Shown: positions 37,606 to 47,442 of the stretch, piece after piece
Layout: every line of letters begins with the position of its first letter
Numbering within the stretch: position 1 is the stretch's first letter
Notes under the pieces: model-generated
Seen by the model: the letters and a program-made list of their open reading frames with translations, nothing else
What the model was told of the DNA's origin: nothing
Databases searched by the model: none
Made by a program: the position numbers and the translations under genes
Source of the DNA: Promethearchaeota archaeon
Lineage (GTDB): Archaea > Asgardarchaeota > Thorarchaeia > Thorarchaeales > Thorarchaeaceae
Direction: 5' to 3'
DNA: 64,000 nucleotides
Assembly: GCA_014728035.1 (NCBI GenBank)
Contig: WJMJ01000034.1
Coordinates: 1 to 64,000, forward strand

Positions 37606-38748
37606 ATGGAAATGCTTACTCTACGAGGAACAATCAAGAAATTCAAGAAACACTTGGTAGTTTCTATCGTCATCTGGAGCATAGTTGTTCCAATAGCTGA
37701 CGGTTTCATTGTTCAGCGAGATAGGAATCGCAATATGCTCTATGGCGAATTGTTTTGGAGTGAGGGGTTTCATGTATATGATTTGACTGATGAAGATTTG
37801 AATAACACAATCCCAAATATTCCAAATGATCATCTATTAACAGATGTATTGAATGTAACATACGAATATCCAATCATAACATTGATGTTCTATGCAGGTA
37901 TAGCTTTGATTGAACCTGGGATATATGGTCCCCATTTTCTTGCAAATTGGATTCTGGTTATGATATTTCATCTGAGTCTTTTACTTTTTGTATTTCTTAG
38001 CCAGAAATATTGGCAGCATCAGTGGTACAAAGAGGTATTTGGAGCTTACTACTGTTATGGATTTTTTCTTACAGTAGGCTTTGCTAAGATTGAACCATTT
38101 GTCGATCTTTTGTTTCTCTGTGCAATTTACTTCTTACGTAAGAAGAAATACTTCCAAGCAAACATCATGTTAGGGCTTGCTTTTCAAACAAAATTGTATC
38201 CTGCATACGCATTACCATACTTTTTCGTATCAAATCCAGTAGCATCTATTGCATTTTTCTTGACGACAATCAGTCTTTTCTTGCCACTCCTTATTACAGG
38301 TGTTTCAAACGAATCATTAATTGCACACTTGTTGAATAGCTCAAGCTATTCAGATATTATCACAAATCCATTCTATATCGGTTGGGTAGCTCAAAATCCA
38401 ATCTCAATACTTGCTCCACTGGTCTTGTTTATAGCATTTCTATACTGCACATTAGAAACAAAGAATTGGAAAGGAATCCCGATATTACAACCCAGATTTA
38501 GAATACAACAACCATTGGCAATATTGCTCTATCTCATCCCTCTTGGTCTTGTTTTTCTATCCTGGGTACTAATATGGTACTATGCTTGGTTCTTCTTTAG
38601 CATCCTTCTATTTGAACGCGAAATAAATGCAAGAAAGTATAGATATATCCTAGTCGGATTCGCTATTGCACATATAGTAGGAGTCTTAGTGAATCCAGGA
38701 TATTTCTTGGTAGGCCCACTTCAAGAGTTCCTTAATCATTTCAAATAA
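37606..38748 (+). CDS. Polytopic membrane glycosyltransferase (GT-C fold, GT87-like)
   Basis: First-loop acidic residues, YEYP motif, GLAFQTKLYP, WYYAW, about 9-10 TM helices. Confidence 0.6.
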   Translation: MEMLTLRGTIKKFKKHLVVSIVIWSIVVPIADGFIVQRDRNRNMLYGELFWSEGFHVYDLTDEDLNNTIPNIPNDHLLTDVLNVTYEYPIITLMFYAGIALIEPGIYGPHFLANWILVMIFHLSLLLFVFLSQKYWQHQWYKEVFGAYYCYGFFLTVGFAKIEPFVDLLFLCAIYFLRKKKYFQANIMLGLAFQTKLYPAYALPYFFVSNPVASIAFFLTTISLFLPLLITGVSNESLIAHLLNSSSYSDIITNPFYIGWVAQNPISILAPLVLFIAFLYCTLETKNWKGIPILQPRFRIQQPLAILLYLIPLGLVFLSWVLIWYYAWFFFSILLFEREINARKYRYILVGFAIAHIVGVLVNPGYFLVGPLQEFLNHFK

Positions 38749-38910
38749 CGGCCAGATTTGGCATAATGCATAACCTTTTTGTCCATGTACGAAGTTTTCC
38801 AGATAGATTCATTGCACATATAGCAAAAGACCTTAATGTGGGAATAAAATCCGTACTAATCTCAGGGTCTCTATAAGTAAATCCCTCATATTAATAGGAG
38901 TAGAAAATGA

Positions 38911-40725
38911 ATGCGAGTATATCTAGATGCAAATTTCTTCATATCAGGTTTTTCAGATAGACCAAAGGACGTATACGTAATCCAAGAAGCAGCTGAAATG
39001 GTTGGATGGGAACTATGGATTACAAGACAGGTTTTCCACGAACTAAGATGGTATCTTCGACGTGAAGTTGAGAATATGATTCAGATAGATGAGACCCTTA
39101 AGAAAGAGATTCAAAACTTCATGAAGCAGTTTACAAAACCAGAGAGCGCACTACCACAGTTGAATGACATGTCATTAGTTCTTGGTGCACATAGAACATC
39201 TGGGGATGCAAAAATCGTTACAAGTGATCTAAAACTATTACGAACAATCGAAGATTTTGAAATGAATTTCGAAGGTATGGTTGGTTCCGCATTTGTTCTT
39301 CAACTTATGGAAATGATAGATGATGAAGGTCTGAAAAAGAAACTTAGAAAGATAAGAGACCGGATTTACACTGAAGAAGTAAGATATAGCATATCTCGAC
39401 AAGGAGCATACGACCCTGTTGCTCGGATAAGGGTGATTGAAGAACACGCAATGAGTGTTCTACGCGATGTAAAGAGACCAGCTGAAGTTGACCAAAAATT
39501 ATCAAAAGGACAACCCCTCTTTGTTCTTGACTTTCTTGAAGATATCAAAGCTGGAATACCGGATATGTTTGAAGACTTCAAAGCTGGAAAGTACGACACT
39601 CTTGCTCTGGAAATTGAAACTGTTCAGAATGAAATCGAAAGAATGCTTATTGCTTCAACTCTGACTCAGGACAAGGAAACACATGATGCTCTTGTGAATC
39701 ATGCGTCAGACCTTACATTGTTCTTGTATTTCCTTGAGATGATTTGTCATCTTTACAGAGGCACTCGTGATGGCATAGAATACGCTCTAAAAATAAGTGA
39801 AGAAGCTTTCAGACTTCTCATGTTTGCAGGAATAACTAATGATGAACTAAAGGCATCGGTTTTCTTTGTCAGAATTGTATTGTACATCGTGAGAGAGGAT
39901 TATAATGAAATTGATTACTATTATTCTCTCTATGATTCAATGCTAGAACGAGCTGGACTTAAAGAGATGAACAGGACCTCTGAAGGCCTCTATGTCACAA
40001 TGCAAATTCTGCGAGAGTTCATGGGTGGTTTTTCACTTCGCAAGACAAAGCTCAGTCATCCAGAAGTAACCATTGCCATGCTTAATGATATGGCAAAATA
40101 CGCGATTCAATTTGATAATCATGAAAATGCATGGCAATTATCAGTTAATGCCTACAAGATTGGTGTTGCATACAACAAAGAAGAAGGAGCTCTCACGTCA
40201 TTTCTCATGCTCTATAAGATATCTTCTTCTGCACATGATAAATTCGAAAATGCGCTCGAAAAAATTGCTGAGCATGCATTGAAGGTGTTTGTGAAGAAAG
40301 GATGGAATACCGCAGCGATCACTCCGATTCTCAACGAATTACAAGGTTCTCTAGTACCAGTTGAAGACTTCACTATGGACAAAGTACTCGAAATAGAGGA
40401 TTTGCCAGAAGCTTTACAAGGTTGGATGGATGTGCTTATGCTAACCAAAGTTGGTGAAAAGGAGTTCCTAATTGTACGGAATGACAACATTCATGCCCGT
40501 ATATGTATAGATGTAAGTAAGCACCCCGAATTGAAAATATTGATGACGGGGCACAAAGTAGCTTTGACTCATGGGCAATTCACATTAGCAACTCCTCCAA
40601 AGGCACTTACTAACAAATATGCAGTAGTTCTATTGATTACACCTGCGGAAGGAGCAGAGGTGTCATTTGAAGGAGAATATGGTTTCTCATATCTCAAAGT
40701 TGCAGAACCACAAAATGAAGAATAG
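38911..40725 (+). CDS. PIN-domain protein with a long helical (TPR-like) region and a C-terminal beta domain
   Basis: VYLDANF, V..EL, NDMSLV, IVTSD..L acidic PIN residues; AGGAG RBS. Confidence 0.75.
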   Translation: MRVYLDANFFISGFSDRPKDVYVIQEAAEMVGWELWITRQVFHELRWYLRREVENMIQIDETLKKEIQNFMKQFTKPESALPQLNDMSLVLGAHRTSGDAKIVTSDLKLLRTIEDFEMNFEGMVGSAFVLQLMEMIDDEGLKKKLRKIRDRIYTEEVRYSISRQGAYDPVARIRVIEEHAMSVLRDVKRPAEVDQKLSKGQPLFVLDFLEDIKAGIPDMFEDFKAGKYDTLALEIETVQNEIERMLIASTLTQDKETHDALVNHASDLTLFLYFLEMICHLYRGTRDGIEYALKISEEAFRLLMFAGITNDELKASVFFVRIVLYIVREDYNEIDYYYSLYDSMLERAGLKEMNRTSEGLYVTMQILREFMGGFSLRKTKLSHPEVTIAMLNDMAKYAIQFDNHENAWQLSVNAYKIGVAYNKEEGALTSFLMLYKISSSAHDKFENALEKIAEHALKVFVKKGWNTAAITPILNELQGSLVPVEDFTMDKVLEIEDLPEALQGWMDVLMLTKVGEKEFLIVRNDNIHARICIDVSKHPELKILMTGHKVALTHGQFTLATPPKALTNKYAVVLLITPAEGAEVSFEGEYGFSYLKVAEPQNEE

Positions 40726-40733
40726 GGAAAAAA

Positions 40734-41189
40734 ATGAACGTGTTCGTTTGGGTAATAGTAATAGTTGGCACAATGATTCTGATGTTGTTCAACTACTATC
40801 TAAACAAAGCACCAGGAGCAGATCCTGACGATTACGTAGTAGGACCGCCAGAATTAGGCATAACCTGCGATTGTTTCCTGAATGTCCTCATCTTAGGAGG
40901 AATTGCAGTTATTGCAATATCAACAAATTCCGCATTATTTGATAGCAGATTAGAGCTCTATACAGTAGGAATTGTCGCATTCTTTGCGATTACTATCGCC
41001 GGATATTTTGGGAGAAGAGAACGACATCGCGAATGGAGAGAGTTGCGTAAAACATTCCAAAGAGTTATCCCAGAATCATCTACGAGGTCTTTTGGTAGGC
41101 CTTCATTCGAAATATTTTATGATGAGGATTATTTCGATGAATATGAAGAGAATGATGATGACGAAGAAGATTGGAGATATGATCCTTAG
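40734..41189 (+). CDS. Three-TM membrane protein with an acidic C-terminal tail
   Basis: Three hydrophobic helices; DEDYFDEYEENDDDEED tail. Confidence 0.65.
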   Translation: MNVFVWVIVIVGTMILMLFNYYLNKAPGADPDDYVVGPPELGITCDCFLNVLILGGIAVIAISTNSALFDSRLELYTVGIVAFFAITIAGYFGRRERHREWRELRKTFQRVIPESSTRSFGRPSFEIFYDEDYFDEYEENDDDEEDWRYDP

Positions 41190-41190
41190 A

Positions 41191-41547
41191 TTATATCACC
41201 TGTACTTTGTCATCTTTTAGATTGGGAATCTTAATAGCTATGATTGTTACTTGTTCATCGTATGTCAAAAAGTAATGAGATTCAGATGGATCGACAATGA
41301 CGATATCACCTTTTTCTAATTCAAATACTTGAGACCCAACACCAATTTTAGTTCGATTCAAAGTGACAAAAATCTCTTGCAATTCCGTATGTGCATGAGG
41401 AACAGTTCTAGTCTTAGAGGGTATTTGAACAAGAATGAATCCTGCAGAATCTACGTTTTTCTGAAGAGTAATGTCAGCAACATATTCAGCAATATAACCG
41501 GCTTTCCCTTTAGTTGGTGCATGAGCACGTCGAAAGATACGAACCAT
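41191..41547 (-). CDS. Cupin domain protein
   Basis: PHAH...EIF and GD...V.P...H cupin motifs; probable start ATG 41547. Confidence 0.8.
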   Translation of the reverse strand: MVRIFRRAHAPTKGKAGYIAEYVADITLQKNVDSAGFILVQIPSKTRTVPHAHTELQEIFVTLNRTKIGVGSQVFELEKGDIVIVDPSESHYFLTYDEQVTIIAIKIPNLKDDKVQVI

Positions 41548-41645
41548 ACTAATCAGTGTAACATATTCTCTCTGGTAAAAAAGATGTAGGAAAGGTGGAG
41601 GGGAACGACTGGTTTGCCGTTCACCCAATATGCGACCAATTCGAT

Positions 41646-41789
41646 TCAGGTCTTTTCTTCCCTTTCCGAGTCATCCTCGACTTCGGGAATCTCGTCTGGA
41701 AAATCGTCAAGGTCAGCCGCTTTTCGTGATTCATCACCACGAAGCAAATGTTTATTGAATTTCGGCTTCATTATTTCCTTTGTCTCCAT
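41646..41789 (-). CDS. Small acidic hypothetical protein
   Basis: 47-aa ORF (METKEIMKPKF...EVEDDSEREEKT) with protein-like composition, filling an intergenic gap. Confidence 0.4.
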   Translation of the reverse strand: METKEIMKPKFNKHLLRGDESRKAADLDDFPDEIPEVEDDSEREEKT

Positions 41790-42123
41790 GAGGACAACTG
41801 ACTCAATGTAGAGAATAGCAGTCATTAATGTGAGGAACACCCAGACAATACTAGGATTAGTATTCCAGTATTAGCTAATCTCTGAAACTGGAGATTCTCT
41901 ATCAGATTCAATGAAACATGGTAAACAGTGATACCTGAGAAACTCCTTATTGAGCAGAGATGTCAAATCTCCAACTCTATATTATACTCGAATACTATAA
42001 ACACCTACAAGACTAGAAAAAGGTAATATTGAAACTAGTAATAATTATCAAGACGTAACCTCCTCTGAAAGAAAGACATTAGTCTGAAGCTAGGAGTTAT
42101 TAATTCAAAATTACAAGGGTATA

Positions 42124-43242
42124 ATGATGTCTTCCACTGAAACACAACCTGAATTACGTCAAATCTATAAAACGGTAATTCTGGGGCGTGATACAACTCT
42201 GCAATCGGGGTTCTTATCTGAAGCCTCAGGTGAGCAGATTTCATACCAATTGTATCATTTTTTACGCGTGGGCATAGGTGTTTGTAGAGTTCATCATGAC
42301 TCAGGTCACACCATCTTTCAGATGTGGTCACTTCCTGATGGAGACAAACTGAATGAAATAACCAAGAGTTTTCTTAATGGTCATTCTGCAGCAGTTATTG
42401 TTGTAAGACCAAGCGACATCGATTACGTTCAAGATTTAGTTTCACTCGGTATCGAAACACGTAAAGTCACAGCAGTTGTGGTTGTGGGGTCGATTCAAAA
42501 TGCAGAAATAATCGCATCGGAATTATTCGGACATCACAAACACACCTTAAATGTTGAATCAGCTAGATCGGTTAATGAGGTTATGAAAACTGTGTCAGAC
42601 ATGCTGCTTAGAAAGCAGTCGCAGTCGCACATTTTGAAGGTTCTCTCGGTGGATCCATCAGCGTGCATGCCTTTTGAACCAACTCTTCATAGTTCTCAAA
42701 CACCCTTGAATACAAGTCAAGAAATCAAACAAATAATAGAATTTTGTGATTCCTTTGCTACTAAGACAGCAGAAAAAGAATGCATCATCGATATCGATGA
42801 AGGGCTTGCATCTATCGACCTAACTACTGGTGCTGTAAGGTTTAAGCCTGAGTTATGCAAATTCTGTGAGAGAGATTGTCCTCGTTCGATACACATCTGT
42901 ATTGTTGGAATCGACTCGGGTTGGTCTTCAGAAGGATTGGGAACCAGAGCCCTATTAACAATGGCAAAAATCTATGCATTAGCTAATCGGGAATTGCCTG
43001 CACATGTCGAAAAGCAACTTCATTTTGCATCACGATGTAAAAATTTCAGTTTAAAAAGAGAATTAGAAAATGACGAGTATACAGCAGCTGTGTTGTCTGA
43101 TTTGGGATATGAACCAGTTACATCAAAAACAGACCTACTAGAAGCTGCTATGAAACGAGTTCGAGAAGGACGAATGTCAGCATCTTTATACTCATTTTTG
43201 CGAGGTACTCTACAACGAATCCGTGAAACTAGTGATTCGTAG
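42124..43242 (+). CDS. Degenerate Ras/Rab-like small-GTPase domain fused to a Cys-rich domain
   Basis: IYKTVILG(RDTTLQS), IFQMWSLPDG, KSFLNGHSAAVIVV, VVVVG follow Rab secondary-structure order but lack GKS/T and DxxG. C-terminal CKFCERDC...HIC...RC. Confidence 0.55.
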   Translation: MMSSTETQPELRQIYKTVILGRDTTLQSGFLSEASGEQISYQLYHFLRVGIGVCRVHHDSGHTIFQMWSLPDGDKLNEITKSFLNGHSAAVIVVRPSDIDYVQDLVSLGIETRKVTAVVVVGSIQNAEIIASELFGHHKHTLNVESARSVNEVMKTVSDMLLRKQSQSHILKVLSVDPSACMPFEPTLHSSQTPLNTSQEIKQIIEFCDSFATKTAEKECIIDIDEGLASIDLTTGAVRFKPELCKFCERDCPRSIHICIVGIDSGWSSEGLGTRALLTMAKIYALANRELPAHVEKQLHFASRCKNFSLKRELENDEYTAAVLSDLGYEPVTSKTDLLEAAMKRVREGRMSASLYSFLRGTLQRIRETSDS

Positions 43243-43256
43243 TTCTGGCGAGTGAC

Positions 43257-43760
43257 ATGACCAAACGCACAATATCAGTTATAGGTGGTTCTGAAGTAGA
43301 CTCTGAAACTATCAAGATTGCATACGAAGTCGGAGCTGAGATAGCAAGAAGAGATATCGTTCTCATTTGTGGTGGAATGGGAGGAGTTATGGAATCTGCT
43401 TGTAAAGGAGCAAAAGAAATGGGAGGCACAACAGTGGGCATCCTGCCGACAGACACAAGAGAACATGGAAATCAGTATTTAGATATCGCAATACCTACTG
43501 GACTAGGGTATACAAGAAACTTCATTGTTGCTAAAGCAGCGGACGGAGTAATAGCTATTAACGGATCAGCGGGAACTCTTAGTGAAATGGCAATAGCTTG
43601 GTTTTCCGATATACCGATAGTAGCACTTACAATTTCCGGAGGATGGGCAGAAAAACTAGCGGGTAAAAAGATTGACCATAGAAGAGAAGATATCATATTT
43701 CCTGCAAATACTGCACATGAAGCTGTTCAAGCTATTTTTACAGCAAATAAATGGGACTAA
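43257..43760 (+). CDS. TIGR00725 family / LOG-like (SLOG) Rossmann-fold nucleotide-binding protein
   Basis: ISVIGGS, CGGMGGVME, GGTTVGILP, TGLGYTRN, GSAGTLSE. Confidence 0.9.
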   Translation: MTKRTISVIGGSEVDSETIKIAYEVGAEIARRDIVLICGGMGGVMESACKGAKEMGGTTVGILPTDTREHGNQYLDIAIPTGLGYTRNFIVAKAADGVIAINGSAGTLSEMAIAWFSDIPIVALTISGGWAEKLAGKKIDHRREDIIFPANTAHEAVQAIFTANKWD

Positions 43761-43777
43761 GACTAATGGTGTTTTGA

Positions 43778-44614
43778 ATGGAACTGACGAGGCGAATTAT
43801 TGATGGAGAAGAGAGGCCTTCAATAGACGACGTGAAAAAAATACTTGAAAATGTCCATGAATTATACAGCGAGAAGCCAAACGTAGTAAGCACTCCAAAC
43901 ACCTCAATATATTATATCGGCGACCTTCACGGTGAATACCAATCAGCCAAGACAGTTGCAGAAAAAATCCAACACAGCAAAGCCCATTTTGTATTTCTCG
44001 GAGATTATGCTGACCGAGGCCCTGCACAGGTGGAAACTGTAATTCTACTTCTAGCTTTAGCGATAGAATATCCAAAACGAGTGACTCTTCTGAGAGGGAA
44101 TCATGAATCTGAAGAGATTGCAAAAAGTTATGGTTTCTATATGGATATTTCTAGAAAATATCGGGATTCTTTATTCTATAACTTCATCAAAACATATTCA
44201 GTCCTACCTCTTGCTGGTCTAAGTAGGAATGGAATCTTTTGTTGTCATGGAGGTATCCCAGAAGGAGTAAAATCTATAGATCAGATACAGACGATTGATA
44301 GATTCGACCCGAATTTCCCAGATGATATTGCATTTCAGATTGTATGGAACGACCCTGTAGACGCATCCGTGCGCTTTCGTAGAAACATGAGGTCATCAAG
44401 AGCTCGAGAATTTGGTGAGAAAGCATTTCAAGATTTTTGTGAAGAAATTGGTGTTAATTTATTCTTTCGTGCTCATGAAGCATATAAAGAAGGATACAAG
44501 ACATTCTTCGATAATAAGTTGGTAAGCATTTTCAGTACATCATATCGAGATAAAATATCTCCAAAAGTAGCTTTTGTCGATACAAAAATAGAATACGAGA
44601 TAGAGAGCTTGTAA
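43778..44614 (+). CDS. PPP-family Ser/Thr protein phosphatase (PP1/PP2A-like)
   Basis: GDLHG, GDYADRG, LRGNHE, YGF, CHGGI, WNDP, FG, RAHE...GY, LVSIFS. Confidence 0.92.
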   Translation: MELTRRIIDGEERPSIDDVKKILENVHELYSEKPNVVSTPNTSIYYIGDLHGEYQSAKTVAEKIQHSKAHFVFLGDYADRGPAQVETVILLLALAIEYPKRVTLLRGNHESEEIAKSYGFYMDISRKYRDSLFYNFIKTYSVLPLAGLSRNGIFCCHGGIPEGVKSIDQIQTIDRFDPNFPDDIAFQIVWNDPVDASVRFRRNMRSSRAREFGEKAFQDFCEEIGVNLFFRAHEAYKEGYKTFFDNKLVSIFSTSYRDKISPKVAFVDTKIEYEIESL

Positions 44615-44715
44615 TAATTACTTGTACATAATTTGCTCTTGAGTCAAATACTTAAGAGGGACAAATAACGCAAACACGACTGTAAACTTCATAAGCTACG
44701 AAGTCTGCTAACGAG

Positions 44716-45804
44716 ATGATTGAAATGCCCAAAGTTGCCGTTGTGAAGACAAGTCCAAAAACCATTAATGAAGACATTGCGCGTCTTCTAGACTTGGCGG
44801 AGTATGAAAAACACGTTGACAAGGATGTCGCTACTTCAATAAAGCTGAATCTTTCTTGGAGTAAATTTTATCCTGCATGTTCTACAAACCCCTATATTCT
44901 AGATGGATTATTGAAAAAGATGATAGCAGATGGATTCGACCCCAGGTCAATCCAGGCTGTTGAAAACGAAACGGTAGTCACCAATATTTGGGCAGGAGTA
45001 AAGGGAAACAATTGGTGGCCAGTTATGCGCAAACACAAGATTAGCTTCCTTCCACTGATAAATGCCACTTATGTTCCTGTTGAATTACCTCAAGAAACAC
45101 TTGTACTTGAAAAAATATTTGGCGAAGTCATAGCTCCAGAAGAAATTTTCAATACAAATATCATTCACTTGCCGACTGTCAAGACCCATGGACATACTCA
45201 AATGACTGGAGCGTTAAAAGATTCTTTTGGCCTCTATCTAACCAAGAATAGACACCTTGCGCATCTAAAAATTCACGAAGTGCTCGTTGACCTGTTATTA
45301 TTACAGCAAACAATATCTCATTCGGAATTTGTTCTGACCGATGGAACAGTGATGGGTGATGGCGCAGGCCCAAGAACAATGATACCAAAGATTGGCAATA
45401 TTCTCATCGCAACCAACGACATGGTTGCTGCAGACACGATTCAAAGTAGACTCATGGGTATTCCTTTGAATTTGGTCAAGAAAATACAAATCGCACACGA
45501 ACTTGGTCTTGGTGTTGCTGACCCTGAAGAAATAGAAATAGTGGGTGATTTTGAATCATATCAAGATCTACCCAATTTCCATATGCAGACGAGTAAAAGC
45601 CCTGTTATCACTTGGAATAGAGGATTCCTCAAATTCCCAGGAATGGAAACTCTTCTTTTCAGGTCACCTCTTATGTGGTTGCCTACTCAACTATCCGGCC
45701 TATATCACGACGGTATCTGGTTACCACTTAAAGGAAAGAAATGGGTCAACTGGTTCCTCGAAGAAACTGAATGGGGCGAACTCTGGAAAAGCTACTCAGA
45801 ATGA
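44716..45804 (+). CDS. DUF362 domain protein
   Basis: IKLNLSW...ACST, IIHLPTVKTHGHT..TGALK..FG, DGT..G.G.GP, D.VA.D, A...GLG. Confidence 0.8.
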   Translation: MIEMPKVAVVKTSPKTINEDIARLLDLAEYEKHVDKDVATSIKLNLSWSKFYPACSTNPYILDGLLKKMIADGFDPRSIQAVENETVVTNIWAGVKGNNWWPVMRKHKISFLPLINATYVPVELPQETLVLEKIFGEVIAPEEIFNTNIIHLPTVKTHGHTQMTGALKDSFGLYLTKNRHLAHLKIHEVLVDLLLLQQTISHSEFVLTDGTVMGDGAGPRTMIPKIGNILIATNDMVAADTIQSRLMGIPLNLVKKIQIAHELGLGVADPEEIEIVGDFESYQDLPNFHMQTSKSPVITWNRGFLKFPGMETLLFRSPLMWLPTQLSGLYHDGIWLPLKGKKWVNWFLEETEWGELWKSYSE

Positions 45805-45814
45805 AGGTGAAGAA

Positions 45815-46768
45815 ATGGGATTAAAAGCATACGTGAAATTAATGCGTCCGCATCAGTGGTACAAAAATCTACTAGTATTTATTGCCTTGATATTTGCAGG
45901 AGTTAGAGCAGACCAACCGAATCGCATGTTTGACTATTTGAATATTGAGAGCCTAACCCCACTCATATTAGGTTTCTTAGCTTTCTGTGCAATCTCAAGC
46001 TTTGGATATATAATCAATGATATTGCCGATAGAAAAGAAGATGCGGTGCATCCTGAAAAGAGGAATAGACCCATTCCCTCAGGAGAGGCGAAATTTTCCA
46101 TAGCTATCATTTTAGCGATGGTACTGTTTGCTAGCGGGCTTGTTACTTCATATATACTGCATCCATTATTCTTCTTGATGGTAGTTCTCTATATCATAAA
46201 TTCTCAGTTCTATAATTTCTATTTGAGAAATTGGGCAATTGTGGATGTAGCATCTATCGCTTTTGGCTTCATCCTTCGTGCAGTATCTGGCACATTCCTA
46301 TTACACGTACCATTCACTTCTTGGTTAATTGTTGGAATCTTCTTCTTCGCATTAGTACTGGGATTTGGTAAACGCTACAATGAATTACAATTGCTGGGAG
46401 ATGATGCTGCAGATCATAAATTCGTGTTCACTCAGTACAACAGAGAAATATTGCAACAGGCAATTGGTGCATCTTCTACATGGGTTGTGATGTTCTATGC
46501 CCTCTACACATATCAGAATTTCATGGACATCATGGCTGATTTTCCTGTTATGCTTACTGTGCCCATAGCTGCCGGACTAATGCTAAGATATGTCTATCTT
46601 ATCTATAGTGGAAGTCCAGTTGGAAGAAAACCACATCTTGCATTCAAGGATAAAGGTATCATAGTTGGTACTATCCTTTTTGCTTTCGTATTCTTCTTGA
46701 CTCTGTATTATTGGGTACCTCTAAGGGATTTCATTCTCTCTCTATTTCCAAATATTGAATGGTGGTAG
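45815..46768 (+). CDS. UbiA-family polyprenyl-phosphate phosphoribosyltransferase (DPPR synthase-like)
   Basis: MRPHQWYKN, YIINDIAD..ED..HPEKRNRPIPSG, GFILRAVSG, GKRYNEL, YALY, RY; GAAGGTGA RBS before ATG 45815. Confidence 0.88.
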   Translation: MGLKAYVKLMRPHQWYKNLLVFIALIFAGVRADQPNRMFDYLNIESLTPLILGFLAFCAISSFGYIINDIADRKEDAVHPEKRNRPIPSGEAKFSIAIILAMVLFASGLVTSYILHPLFFLMVVLYIINSQFYNFYLRNWAIVDVASIAFGFILRAVSGTFLLHVPFTSWLIVGIFFFALVLGFGKRYNELQLLGDDAADHKFVFTQYNREILQQAIGASSTWVVMFYALYTYQNFMDIMADFPVMLTVPIAAGLMLRYVYLIYSGSPVGRKPHLAFKDKGIIVGTILFAFVFFLTLYYWVPLRDFILSLFPNIEWW

Positions 46769-47442
46769 AAATGGACTCACGCCTTTCTGCATTTGACTTG
46801 CACAGTCATACATTGCATTCGAAAGATGGCCTCAACCGAGGTCGGTATCTGTTCAAATGGATGAAGAAGAAAGGTCTCAGGGGGATGGCATTAACAGAAC
46901 ACTGGAGTCCTTCGATAACAAAGCCAATTGTTCATGATGGCAGATTCCTACTGAATGGTTGTGAGTTTAAAACGACAGATTATGGAGAGCTGATTGGTCT
47001 TTTCGTTACAGATACAATCGAAAATAGATCATTCGTTGAAGTTGCAGAAGATATCCATGAGCAAAATGGCCTAACAATTCTGCCACATCCGAGAGACCCC
47101 ACACGAAAACATACTGCTGTTAGAAGAGGCCTCCCAGATGAGCTCATTTCAAAACATGTTGATCTGATAGAGGGAATCAATTCTAGATGCCTATTACCAA
47201 TTTTTAATACATGGGCACAAAAATTGGCAGAAAAATTGAAGAAACCTGTCACTGCTGGAAGTGATGCTCATTCATGGTTAGAAATAGGGCATGCAAGAAC
47301 ATATCTACAAGATATCGAGACCGTCAGTGATATATATGACAGATTGAAAAAGGGACAAACTCAGATATCCGGTTATCCATCCTTTTTCTGGGTTCACATT
47401 CCTACAATGATATGGCAAAGAATACGGAAGCTAGCAAAATGA
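46759..47442 (+). CDS. PHP-domain metal-dependent phosphoesterase
   Basis: DLHSHT.HSKDG, ALTEH, GCE, PHP, IEGINSR, AGSDAH; overlaps the ubiA-like stop. Confidence 0.88.
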   Translation: MVVEMDSRLSAFDLHSHTLHSKDGLNRGRYLFKWMKKKGLRGMALTEHWSPSITKPIVHDGRFLLNGCEFKTTDYGELIGLFVTDTIENRSFVEVAEDIHEQNGLTILPHPRDPTRKHTAVRRGLPDELISKHVDLIEGINSRCLLPIFNTWAQKLAEKLKKPVTAGSDAHSWLEIGHARTYLQDIETVSDIYDRLKKGQTQISGYPSFFWVHIPTMIWQRIRKLAK

